From assembly GCF_000341895.1 (NCBI RefSeq), contig NC_020409.1, positions 360,001 through 392,000 on the forward strand: a stretch of DNA of 32,000 bases. The letters are read 5' to 3'. The notes below the pieces were generated by a model. That model searched no databases and had not been told where the DNA came from. It was given only the letters and a program-made list of their open reading frames with translations. Source of the DNA: Pseudodesulfovibrio piezophilus C1TLV30 (GTDB lineage: Bacteria > Desulfobacterota > Desulfovibrionia > Desulfovibrionales > Desulfovibrionaceae). Positions 1 to 8,266 of the stretch are shown piece after piece. The position numbers and the translations under genes were made by a program. The number at the start of each line of letters is the position of its first letter. The stretch's first letter is position 1.

Positions 1-1
1 T

Positions 2-691
2 TTTGTTTCCAAGGCAGGGCTGGACATGGAGGGGGTCGGTAAAAAATGGGTCGAACGCCTTGCGTTGGATGGTGTGTTGAAAACTCCGGCAGATCTTTTC
101 TTTTTGGAGAAGACAACTCTGCTCAAGTATGAAGGCATGGGTGACAAGTCTGCCGATAAGTTTATTGCGGCTGTAGAAAAAAGACGGCGAGAAGCTCCTC
201 TCTGGCGGTTGATTGCTGGATTGGGAATACGACATGTGGGAGAACAGACTGCTAGGATGCTGGGAGCTCATTTCACGGATTTGGAAGCGATTGGGTTGGT
301 AACACGCGAAGAATTACAGGATTTGGAAGATATAGGACCGATCGTAGCCGAGAGTCTCTTTGAATATTTTCAGCGTCCTTCAACCCGAGAGTTGATAGAA
401 AAATTCAAGGCCGCTGAATTTTGGCCACAAGGCAGCATATCTACTGCCATTTCGGAACAGGAATTACGACCGTTGGCAGGTAAAGTGTTTCTTTTTACCG
501 GGAGTCTTCCTGACATGTCGCGCACTCAGGCTCAAGCGCTTGTGGAGGCTCAAGGAGCGAGCGCAGCGAAATCGATTTCAAAAAAAGTTGACTACGTGGT
601 GGTTGGAGACAAAGCTGGATCAAAGAGGGCCAAAGCAGAAAAAATGGGGCTTGAGATACTTGATTCTGATGCTTTCAAAGCGTTACTTTAA
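2..691 (+). CDS. ligA: NAD-dependent DNA ligase LigA, C-terminal fragment; the 5' end lies outside the window
   Basis: The frame is open from the window edge. The translation has a helix-hairpin-helix region ([10 protein letters not shown]) and a terminal BRCT domain ([10 protein letters not shown]...[24 protein letters not shown]). Confidence 0.9.
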   Translation, partial: FVSKAGLDMEGVGKKWVERLALDGVLKTPADLFFLEKTTLLKYEGMGDKSADKFIAAVEKRRREAPLWRLIAGLGIRHVGEQTARMLGAHFTDLEAIGLVTREELQDLEDIGPIVAESLFEYFQRPSTRELIEKFKAAEFWPQGSISTAISEQELRPLAGKVFLFTGSLPDMSRTQAQALVEAQGASAAKSISKKVDYVVVGDKAGSKRAKAEKMGLEILDSDAFKALL

Positions 692-728
692 TCATCTGAT
701 TCGTAATAAAATTTCAGGAGGAGCTGTT

Positions 729-1508
729 ATGACAACAGATATTGTCATTCTTGGTGCAAAGGGACGTATGGGAAAAACCTTGGTCAATTTGACTCTGGCA
801 GATGCAGAGTTGAATCTTGTCGGAGCATGTGAACGAGAAGGCAATACAGGAGGTATTGAGCATGAAGGATGCATCATGACTGACTGTCTTGAGGAGCTTC
901 TGCCACAAGTCCCAGGGGCTGTTATAATAGATTTTACAGCTCCCGAAGCTTCTTTGGCAATGGCTCAAATTGCAGCAAAAAATGGCAACCCCGCTGTGAT
1001 TGGAACAACCGGTCTGAATTCGACCCAACAAGCTGATTTGGAAGTGTTTGCTCGGGAGGTTCCTCTTTTCTGGGCACCAAACATGTCTGTGGGAGTCAAT
1101 ACTTTGCTGAAGATTCTACCTATGCTGGTAAAGGCGCTTGGCCCAGATTATGATATGGAAATGGTTGAGACTCACCATAAAATGAAAAAGGATTCTCCAA
1201 GTGGAACAGCCCTGAAGCTGGCTCAATGCATGGCCGAGGCCCGTGGCTGGGAGTATGATGACGTCAAGAAGCATTGTCGTGACGGTATTATTGGGGAACG
1301 CCCCAAGAATGAGATAGGTGTGCAAACCTTACGAGGTGGTGATGTTGTTGGCGACCACACAGCATTTTTCTTTGGACCTGGCGAGCGTATAGAAATAACT
1401 CACAGGGCTCATTCTCGTGAAACGTTTGCATCAGGAGCGTTGAGGGCTGCAAAATGGCTGGCAAAGCAAAAAAACGGAAAGCTCTACTCCATGGCAGATA
1501 TGGTGTAA
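729..1508 (+). CDS. dapB: 4-hydroxy-tetrahydrodipicolinate reductase
   Basis: It has the N-terminal dinucleotide fold [10 protein letters not shown] and the DapB signature [19 protein letters not shown] 729 is preceded by AGGAGGA. The track ORF start at 540 would overlap ligA. Confidence 0.93.
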   Translation: MTTDIVILGAKGRMGKTLVNLTLADAELNLVGACEREGNTGGIEHEGCIMTDCLEELLPQVPGAVIIDFTAPEASLAMAQIAAKNGNPAVIGTTGLNSTQQADLEVFAREVPLFWAPNMSVGVNTLLKILPMLVKALGPDYDMEMVETHHKMKKDSPSGTALKLAQCMAEARGWEYDDVKKHCRDGIIGERPKNEIGVQTLRGGDVVGDHTAFFFGPGERIEITHRAHSRETFASGALRAAKWLAKQKNGKLYSMADMV

Positions 1509-1531
1509 TTCTCTTCTATGTGAGAATAAGA

Positions 1532-1569
1532 AACGGGGACTGTGTATACAAGCGGTTCCCGTTTTTTTT
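1532..1569. terminator. Intrinsic terminator between convergent dapB and cls
   Basis: AACGGGGA (1532-1539) pairs with TTCCCGTT (1556-1563), including one G-U. It is followed by T8 on the + strand and by TTTCTTATT on the - strand. Confidence 0.6.
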
Positions 1570-1575
1570 GAAGCA

Positions 1576-3018
1576 TTACAGTATGGGGGAAAGTAATCTG
1601 GCAAAGCGAATGACGGTTTGTGAAATGATATTTTTCCGATTATATTCCAAAGTATCTGTTTCTTTACATCGAGCAAAATCAGCTTCAAACATTCCTTCAA
1701 CTTGCTGACAGAATGTTTGATTTTCAACCAACATGGTAATTTCGAAATTCAAGCGGAACGAACGATTATCAAGGTTTGCCGTTCCGATGCCCGCGATGGT
1801 GTCGTCAACGAGAAATACTTTTTGATGTAAAAAACCAGCATGATAGCGGTAAATACGAATGCCGGGGAGTCTCAAATCGTTGAGGCATGCAAACCCAGCC
1901 AGATAGACGAGAAGGTGATCTGCCTTTTGGGGAAGTATAATACGAATATCGACACCGCGCATAGCTGCCAGTTGAAGCGCTTTGGTCACGGAACTGTCCG
2001 GAACATAATAGGGGCTTGCTATCCAAAAGCGCTTCTTGGCTGCATTGATGGCTCTGATGAACATGAGTGAACAGGATTCGAGATCGTCAGCCGGACCTGT
2101 TGCCAGAGCGAGCACATCAACATCTCCGGCCCGTTCTGGCATTGCCAAATCGTGCTCATGAAGTTCATGGGTAGCCCAGTACCAATCCTTGGCAAAACTT
2201 ATCTTGATTCCCAAGACAGCAGGGCCGGTAATTTTTAGATGGGTATCGCGCCAGCCTTTGAACTTGTTTGTCTGTCCGAGGTATTCATCACCAACATTAT
2301 GCCCTCCAACAAATGCAGTACAACCATCAATGATAACTATTTTTCGATGGTTTCTGAAGTTAAGTTGAAATCGGTTGCCAGGGCCTTTAGTACTGTGAAA
2401 TGAGTGCGCTTGAATACCAACATCTTGCATTTTTTTCCAGTAGCTTGAAGGTGTTGGGCCACACCCTACTTCATCGTAGAGGAACCGAATCGAGATTCCT
2501 GACGCAGCTTTGTCAATCAGGGCTTTTTGAAGTCGTTTTCCCAATTGATCACTGCGGACGATGAAGAATTGTAAGCAAATGGAGTCTTGTGCAGATTTTA
2601 TTGAGCTTATGATCGCATCAAATGTAGTTACTCCATCCACAAGAAGTGCAACATCATTGCCTTCAAGGAAGGGAATCTCTGCCAATGTTTCAAAGGCACA
2701 TCGGGGGGCATGTGGAGAGAGTCTTTCAGAAAGCCCTTTGATAGTGGGTATGTTGTTTTTACTAATTTTTTTCAGATACCGTATTTTCCTCGCCCGCATG
2801 ATTTCTACATAGCCATGAAATTTACTTCGTCCAAAGACCCAGTAAAGTGGGAGAGCTATGAAGGGGATTGATATGAGTGAAAGTGCCCAGGCTACAGCGC
2901 CCTGTGGTGTTCTTGTGTCGCGAACAGCCAGGATCGCAGTTGCTATCGCTCCTATCTCAAGCGCAGTGTACGCTATACTCAATGCGGTAAATAAATAATT
3001 CAGATCAGTAGAATTCAT
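1576..3018 (-). CDS. cls: Cardiolipin synthase (phospholipase D family)
   Basis: It has two HKD motifs (NHRKIVIIDG...GGHNVGDEY and FLHQKVFLVDD...GTANLDNRS) and two N-terminal TM helices. Confidence 0.92.
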   Translation of the reverse strand: MNSTDLNYLFTALSIAYTALEIGAIATAILAVRDTRTPQGAVAWALSLISIPFIALPLYWVFGRSKFHGYVEIMRARKIRYLKKISKNNIPTIKGLSERLSPHAPRCAFETLAEIPFLEGNDVALLVDGVTTFDAIISSIKSAQDSICLQFFIVRSDQLGKRLQKALIDKAASGISIRFLYDEVGCGPTPSSYWKKMQDVGIQAHSFHSTKGPGNRFQLNFRNHRKIVIIDGCTAFVGGHNVGDEYLGQTNKFKGWRDTHLKITGPAVLGIKISFAKDWYWATHELHEHDLAMPERAGDVDVLALATGPADDLESCSLMFIRAINAAKKRFWIASPYYVPDSSVTKALQLAAMRGVDIRIILPQKADHLLVYLAGFACLNDLRLPGIRIYRYHAGFLHQKVFLVDDTIAGIGTANLDNRSFRLNFEITMLVENQTFCQQVEGMFEADFARCKETDTLEYNRKNIISQTVIRFARLLSPIL

Positions 3019-3113
3019 AAATGTGAAATAGCAGAAAATTATTCAAAGAGGAACAGAGTCCCTTGCTCACGCGGAGGAAATATGGTCTGAATCAAGGCCG
3101 TAGGATAGTAAAT

Positions 3114-4460
3114 ATGCCCTTTGAAAATAAAGAAAAATTATCACAACACCCCTTTCAGGAATCGCCTAATTTGACGTTGGTGCGTTTGGCTCTACCTGTA
3201 CTTTTTTCCCTGATTGCAGAGCCTCTGACAGGTTTGGCAGATACTGCGTTTATTGCTCGTTTGACAGGACCTGAGCCTGTGGCGGCCTTGGGGATTGGGA
3301 GTGTGGCGTTTTCCTCTCTTTTCTGGGTCTTTGCTTTTTTGGGGATTGGAACCCAGACTCAGGTGGCCAGGAATGAAGGGGGAGGTGGCAATTCGGTTAA
3401 AGTGACGTCACTTGCCTCTATGGTTGCTCTTTGTCTTGGCTTTGTTTTAATTGCAGCTTCTTTGCCACTACTTGATACGATTGCCACTCTTTTCGGGGCA
3501 TATGGGGTCGTGAATGATCTGGCCTGTAAATATATGGCATATAGGCTTTTAGGCGCTCCGGCTGTTCTTGTTTCTCTGGTATGCTTCGGAGCCTTACGAG
3601 GTGTTCAGGATATGAGGACTCCCTTATTGGCCGCTCTCGGGATCAATGCCATCAATTTCCTTTTGGATTGGGTCTTGATTTTTGGGAATGGTCCCTTTCC
3701 AATGATGGGAGTCAGTGGCGCAGCCCTGGCCAGTTCTGTGAGTCAATGGGGGGGCGCTCTATGGTTACTCCTTGTCGTCAGGAAAAAAATAGGACTGACT
3801 TGGAAATTTAAGGGCGCAGGGATAGTCGAATTGATGCAAGTGGGGGGAGATCTATTTATTAGAACAGGGGTGCTTTTATTCTTCTTCGGACTCTGCACCA
3901 GAGTGGCGAATGGGGCTGGAGCAGACCAAGGGGCCGCTTATCAGGCTATTCGACAATTTTATATTTTTTCAGCTCTTACGCTGGATGCTTATGCTATTAC
4001 TGGGCAAAGCCTGGTCGGCTATTTTTTAGGGCGTGGGGACACCTTTTTTGCACATCGGGTAGCTGTTGTTGTATGTCGCTGGAGCATCGTGACAGGATGT
4101 GTCGTCTGTTTAGCCATGCTTCTCGGTAAGGATTTTGTCGCGTGGCTCCTTGTGCCTGCGACTGCTGTAGGTGTTTTTGGTCCGGCGTGGTCTGCTGCCG
4201 CTCTTTCCATGCCCTTGGGGTCTTTATCGTTCGCAACAGATGGGTTGCATTGGGGGAGTGGCGATTTCAGATATCTTCGTAATGCCATGGTCATCTCTTC
4301 AGTCCTTTGTGTAATAATAGTCTTTTGTGTTGATGCTAAGTCGAATGACGTTGTTTACTACATATGGCTCGTCACAATTCTTTGGACACTCCTTCGGGCA
4401 GGATTTGGCATCGTACGAATTTGGCCAGGTGTAGGAGATGCTCCTCTGAGCAAAGCATAA
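3114..4460 (+). CDS. MATE family efflux transporter
   Basis: The roughly 450-aa protein is polytopic with about 12 hydrophobic segments and has MATE-like N-terminal (PVLFSLIAEPLTGLADTAFIARLG) and mid-protein (ALRGVQDMRTPL) regions. ATG 3114 is preferred over the TTG at 3063. Confidence 0.8.
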   Translation: MPFENKEKLSQHPFQESPNLTLVRLALPVLFSLIAEPLTGLADTAFIARLTGPEPVAALGIGSVAFSSLFWVFAFLGIGTQTQVARNEGGGGNSVKVTSLASMVALCLGFVLIAASLPLLDTIATLFGAYGVVNDLACKYMAYRLLGAPAVLVSLVCFGALRGVQDMRTPLLAALGINAINFLLDWVLIFGNGPFPMMGVSGAALASSVSQWGGALWLLLVVRKKIGLTWKFKGAGIVELMQVGGDLFIRTGVLLFFFGLCTRVANGAGADQGAAYQAIRQFYIFSALTLDAYAITGQSLVGYFLGRGDTFFAHRVAVVVCRWSIVTGCVVCLAMLLGKDFVAWLLVPATAVGVFGPAWSAAALSMPLGSLSFATDGLHWGSGDFRYLRNAMVISSVLCVIIVFCVDAKSNDVVYYIWLVTILWTLLRAGFGIVRIWPGVGDAPLSKA

Positions 4461-4501
4461 AAAAGGCTGCCACACGGCAGCCTTTTTTATGCTTTGCTCA
4501 G
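4446..4501. terminator. Bidirectional intrinsic terminator formed by a perfect 26+26 bp palindrome
   Basis: 4446-4471 is the exact reverse complement of 4476-4501, with a 4-nt loop (ACAC). The core GGCTGCC/GGCAGCC is flanked by A6 and T6. The left arm contains the MATE stop codon. Confidence 0.8.
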
Positions 4502-4509
4502 GTTTGGAA

Positions 4510-4857
4510 TTAATGCTCAGCCAGATAATTGAACATAAAAGCATATGCATGGCGCATTTCTAGTTCAAGCTCACTTAGATGGGATTGGGCCGCATTCATA
4601 TCCTTTGCTTTGGACGCTCTTTCAAGGAGCAAGCAACAGTCTCGGATTCTGCCAGCTCCCATTGTTGCCGCTCCTCCTTTTAAAGCATGAGCCAAATGGC
4701 GGAGGCGTTCAACATCTTGTGAGCCCAATGCATCCTTGATCTCTTGGATTCTCTTGGGCTCTTGTGAGATAAAAACGGTAAACATTCGTTTTAAAAACGG
4801 TTGTTTACCAGCCATTGAATCAAGAAATTTACTATCTATGACTTCGTGTTTGTCCAT
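4510..4857 (-). CDS. Histidine phosphotransfer (Hpt) domain protein, stand-alone
   Basis: It has the Hpt phospho-accepting motif HLAHALKGGAATMGA in a 115-aa helical protein. Confidence 0.8.
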   Translation of the reverse strand: MDKHEVIDSKFLDSMAGKQPFLKRMFTVFISQEPKRIQEIKDALGSQDVERLRHLAHALKGGAATMGAGRIRDCCLLLERASKAKDMNAAQSHLSELELEMRHAYAFMFNYLAEH

Positions 4858-5031
4858 ATCAATCGATCGATGTTACAACATCATTCTTTTGCAGAAGAAT
4901 CGAAGTGAAAATCAAAAGCCCCTCAACATCCAGACAATGACATCTTCTCATCTCTATACGTCAGCAGTAATTTTTCGGCAACAATTTTGACGCGAATCAT
5001 CGTATGGAATTACGTGAGAAGGAATACCATG

Positions 5032-5061
5032 AAAAAGGGCAGAAGCTTTCAGCTTCCACCC
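5032..5061 (-). terminator. Intrinsic terminator ending the paaK-ACT operon
   Basis: The minus-strand RNA GGGUGGAAGCU-GAA-AGCUUCUGCCC forms 11 bp, with 2 G-U pairs that form only in this orientation, followed by UUUUU. It lies 30 nt after the ACT gene stop. Confidence 0.7.
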
Positions 5062-5091
5062 CATGATAGTCATCGACTTATTATGGCTGGG

Positions 5092-5523
5092 TTACATCGT
5101 GTATAATTTTTCACCGGGAATAATTTCGATGGTGTTTTTTTGGAGAAGTTCAATTCCTTGTTCCGTGCGATCGAAGCGCAGAATGAGGATTGCTGAATCT
5201 CCACTTTGCTGTACAAATGCATACATGTATTCAACATTGATTTCAGCATTTTGAAGCATTGTTAAAATATCATGCAACCCACCCGGTTTGTCGGGAACTT
5301 TTACTGCCACAACGGTGGTACGTCCTACAGTGAAACCATTTTCTTTCAGTTTTGCTTTAGCTTTTTCAAAATCGGAAACGATGAGACGGAGGATTCCGAA
5401 ATCCGAGGTATCTGCCAGAGACAGTGCCCGGATATTCACTTGAGCTTCCGAAAGCAGGCGGGTGACCTCGGCTAATCGGCCTGCTCGGTTTTCCAGGAAT
5501 ATGGAGAGTTGATTGACTTTCAT
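5092..5523 (-). CDS. ACT domain-containing protein (tandem ACT), partner of PaaK-type ligases
   Basis: It has an ACT fold signature (LSIFLENRAGRLAEVTRLLSEAQVNIRALS, with a second repeat VKVPDKPGGLHDILTMLQNAEINVEY). The start is preceded by AAGGAG, 24 nt after paaK. Confidence 0.8.
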   Translation of the reverse strand: MKVNQLSIFLENRAGRLAEVTRLLSEAQVNIRALSLADTSDFGILRLIVSDFEKAKAKLKENGFTVGRTTVVAVKVPDKPGGLHDILTMLQNAEINVEYMYAFVQQSGDSAILILRFDRTEQGIELLQKNTIEIIPGEKLYTM

Positions 5524-5547
5524 GGTGATCTCCTTGAAGTATGGCTG

Positions 5548-6852
5548 TTAAGCTTCATCCCTATTATCGATAATGCGCTTGGCTTTCCCCAAAGAGCGTT
5601 CGATACTTTTGGGCTCCACCAATTTGACCTTGGCTGTGACGCCAAGAAATTCTTTGATATTTTTCATTACCTTTGATTCCACACGCTGTAAACTCTTGAT
5701 CTCGTCAGAGAACATTGCTTCATTGACTTCGACCTGGACTTCCAAAGTGTCAAGGTTGCCTTGTCGTCCCACCAGCAGTTGGTAGTGAGGAGTCAGTCCT
5801 TCTGTCTCAATGAGAATCGATTCAATTTGAGATGGAAAAACATTGACACCACGGATGATTAGCATGTCATCGGAACGTCCGGTAACGCGTTTCATTCTGG
5901 TAGTGCTTCTTCCGCATTTGCATGGAATTGTATTTAAAGTAGTCAGGTCGCGGGTTCGGTAGCGAATGAGGGGGATACCTTCCTTGGTCAGTGTAGTGAA
6001 TACCAATTCACCTTCTTCTCCGGGGGCAACGGTTTCTCCTGATTCAGGGTCAATGGTTTCGGCCAAAAAGTGATCTTCCTGAATATGGAGTCCATCTTGT
6101 GCTTCCCAACATTCGATAGCTACTCCCGGTCCCATGATTTCTGAAAGCCCATAGATATCTATGGCTGTGATGCCAAGTCGTTTTTCTATCTGAAGACGCA
6201 TTTCGTCTGTCCAGGGCTCTGCTCCAAAAATACCAATGCGCAACGGTAACTTTTTGATGTCAATTCCCATTTCTTCGCCAGTTTCTGCCAAGAAGAGCGC
6301 ATATGAAGGAGTGCAGCAGATGACATCGGGTTCAAAATCCTTGAGCAACATAACTTGTCGGCGAGTTGCTCCGCCAGAGACGGGGATAACTGTGGCACCA
6401 AGAGCTTCAACCCCATAATGCGCCCCTAATCCGCCGGTAAAAAGGCCATACCCATAAGCGTTGTGAACAGCATCTGCCGCCGAAGCGCCGGATGCGACGA
6501 AAGAACGAGCCATAAGTTCGCCCCAATTGGTTATATCACGCTTTGTATATCCTACAACTGTGGCTTTGCCTGTCGTGCCGGACGATGAGTGAATGCGGAC
6601 GATCTGGTCTTTCGGGACAGCGAAGAGGCCAAAGGGGTATTGATCTCGGAGGTCTTGTTTATTCGTGAAGGGGAGCAGACTCAGGTCTTTCAAAGATTTA
6701 ATGTCTGTCGGTTTGACCCCTTTTTCATCAAATTTCTTTCGGTAGAATGGAACATTGGCGTAGACCCGTTCGCAGAGGGCCTGGAGTCGTCTAAGTTGAA
6801 GTTTTTCCATTTCATCACGAGGCAGTGTTTCATTCTGTATATCGTAAATCAT
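5548..6852 (-). CDS. paaK: Phenylacetate-CoA ligase family adenylate-forming enzyme
   Basis: It has a PaaK-type N-terminus ([29 protein letters not shown]) and the AMP-binding motif SSSGTTGK, at a length of about 434 aa. AAGGAGG lies upstream of the ATG. Confidence 0.88.
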   Translation of the reverse strand: MIYDIQNETLPRDEMEKLQLRRLQALCERVYANVPFYRKKFDEKGVKPTDIKSLKDLSLLPFTNKQDLRDQYPFGLFAVPKDQIVRIHSSSGTTGKATVVGYTKRDITNWGELMARSFVASGASAADAVHNAYGYGLFTGGLGAHYGVEALGATVIPVSGGATRRQVMLLKDFEPDVICCTPSYALFLAETGEEMGIDIKKLPLRIGIFGAEPWTDEMRLQIEKRLGITAIDIYGLSEIMGPGVAIECWEAQDGLHIQEDHFLAETIDPESGETVAPGEEGELVFTTLTKEGIPLIRYRTRDLTTLNTIPCKCGRSTTRMKRVTGRSDDMLIIRGVNVFPSQIESILIETEGLTPHYQLLVGRQGNLDTLEVQVEVNEAMFSDEIKSLQRVESKVMKNIKEFLGVTAKVKLVEPKSIERSLGKAKRIIDNRDEA

Positions 6853-6895
6853 CCCCTAGTCCTCCTTTTTGACCTTCATCAATCACGCAATCGAC

Positions 6896-6929
6896 AATAA
6901 AAAACCACGGTTCTGGAATCCCGTGGTTT
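6896..6929 (-). terminator. Intrinsic terminator in the paaK 5' leader (attenuator terminator)
   Basis: The minus-strand RNA is AAACCACGG-GAUUCCAGAA-CCGUGGUUU followed by UUUAUU. It sits only about 45 nt upstream of the paaK ATG, and no gene lies upstream for it to terminate. Confidence 0.6.
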
Positions 6930-6967
6930 GATTTGGCGCTCTAAGCCATTGCTGTTCCACGAGTTCC

Positions 6968-7024
6968 CTACTGGAAGCTCATAAAAAATGAACAGCTATA
7001 AAATAAAAAAAAATTCATAACCAT
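6968..7024 (-). CDS. Candidate leader peptide MVMNFFLFYSCSFFMSFQ (18 aa, 6 Phe)
   Basis: GAGG-N6-ATG(7024) opens the ORF. An in-frame upstream ATG at 7036 would add MRQL. The stop UAG is at 6970-6968. This ORF is too short for the supplied track. Confidence 0.45.
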   Translation of the reverse strand: MVMNFFLFYSCSFFMSFQ

Positions 7025-7264
7025 AAGCTGCCTCATGTTTTTTGTTGCGTCAAGGGCTTTATCTCACTCCTTGAATTTAAAGGAGAAGAATTTATTCATA
7101 CTAAATATGGAGTTGGAAAGATTTATTTTCGTAGTCAGTAGACTTTTCATCATAAAGAAGAGAAAATCAACATGATGAGTTGGTTATTGAGAAGAGACGT
7201 AAATCTGCATTGCAGGTGCAGGAAAAGTCCTTTACTACAGTGAAACTTGACGTAAGGAGGGTAT

Positions 7265-7849
7265 ATGAATTTCAAAGAATTGGTGGCAGCCAACAGAAGC
7301 CGCCGCCGCTTTGACCAGGCACAACTTCTCCGAAAGGAAGATCTAGTAGATTTGGTTGATACCGCTCGTTTGATGCCATCTGGTATGAACAAGCAACCAT
7401 TGAAGTATCATGTTACAGTAGATCCAACTGAATGCTCCGAAATTTTTCCTCTTTTGGGATGGGCTGGTTATCTCAAGGATTGGCCCGGTCCAAATGAAGG
7501 AGAGCGTCCGACTGGATATATTGTTGTTCTGTTGGATAAAACCATTGCTGAAGATTCTCATTGCGATCAAGGTATTGCTTCTCAGACCATTATGTTGGGA
7601 GCGGTTGAAAAAGGATTGGGTGGATGTATTATCGCCACTATCAACCGTAAAAAGCTAGGATCTATATTAGGGCTTTCTGATAATTTGGAAATCTTGCTTG
7701 TACTTGCTCTTGGAGTTCCAATTGAAGAGGTCGTCGTTGATCCTCTTTCGTCAGAGGGAAATATCAAATATTGGCGTGATTCCGTAGGTAAACACCATGT
7801 TCCAAAACGAGAGCTTGCCGAATTGCTCGTTGAACGAAACGTCTCATAA
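7265..7849 (+). CDS. Nitroreductase family protein
   Basis: It has an N-terminal NRSRRRFD motif and the size and pattern of an FMN nitroreductase fold. AAGGAGG lies 5 nt upstream of the ATG. Confidence 0.8.
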   Translation: MNFKELVAANRSRRRFDQAQLLRKEDLVDLVDTARLMPSGMNKQPLKYHVTVDPTECSEIFPLLGWAGYLKDWPGPNEGERPTGYIVVLLDKTIAEDSHCDQGIASQTIMLGAVEKGLGGCIIATINRKKLGSILGLSDNLEILLVLALGVPIEEVVVDPLSSEGNIKYWRDSVGKHHVPKRELAELLVERNVS

Positions 7850-7883
7850 GAGGCATAAACATCATAATTCCCGAGTAGGATAA

Positions 7884-8255
7884 ATGAACAAACCGAAAAA
7901 ATTTAGTGAAATATCAAGTCGTGAAAAAGCTCTTTTGGTCGCCAATTGGCTTGATGAGAAACAAGGCGAGAAAATTGTTGTCATGGATGTTGAAAAAATG
8001 AGCTCTGTGACAAATATGACTATTGTCGTTTCCGCGCGTGGAACGAAGCACGCCAAGGCTCTTGCCGATCATCTTCTGGATCAGGCGGCTAAAGACTCTG
8101 TAGAATTTTTAAGCATGGAGGGGCACCAGGCTGGAGAGTGGGTCCTGGTTGATCTGAATGATGTCCTTGTCCACATATTCCTCGATGAACTCCGGGATTT
8201 TTATAATCTTGAAGGGATGTGGGCTGAGGCTCCACGTGTGCCGTTGACTCTATAG
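7884..8255 (+). CDS. rsfS: Ribosome silencing factor RsfS (Iojap family)
   Basis: It is 123 aa. The segment DEKQGEKIVVMDVEKMSSVTNMTIVVSARGTKHAKALADHL...WVLVDLNDVLVHIF is a typical RsfS pattern. Confidence 0.88.
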   Translation: MNKPKKFSEISSREKALLVANWLDEKQGEKIVVMDVEKMSSVTNMTIVVSARGTKHAKALADHLLDQAAKDSVEFLSMEGHQAGEWVLVDLNDVLVHIFLDELRDFYNLEGMWAEAPRVPLTL

Positions 8256-8266
8256 GTGGGATAGTG

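Larger units (their letters stand above)
6896..7036 (-). promoter_or_regulatory. Candidate ribosome-mediated (Phe-sensing) transcription attenuator of paaK-ACT
   Basis: Alternative pairings exist: GAGCUUCC (6980-6973) with GGAACUC; GGGAACUCGUGG (6968-6957) with CCACGGGAUUCC (6926-6915) at 11/12; and the terminator helix 6929-6902. Confidence 0.45.

Noticed and set aside
540-728. Long N-terminal extensions suggested by the ORF track for dapB (540), MATE (3063), MCP (10210), beta-CASP (13722), yggT (22818), divIVA (23210), ilvB (24262) and DUF2179 (28829).
   Set aside because: The extensions start at non-ATG codons and/or overlap the upstream gene. They lack Shine-Dalgarno sites, whereas the internal ATGs have good ones and match the family N-termini.
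6935-6952. A TGGC...TTGC-like string in the paaK/nitroreductase intergenic region, considered as a sigma54 promoter.
   Set aside because: The GG-to-GC spacing is 8 or 14 nt rather than 10, so it does not fit a -24/-12 element.
7150-7392. An 80-aa minus-strand ORF spanning the nitroreductase start and promoter region.
   Set aside because: It overlaps a well-supported CDS on the opposite strand and has no Shine-Dalgarno site or recognisable motif. The real minus-strand signal in this gap appears to be the short leader ORF further downstream.
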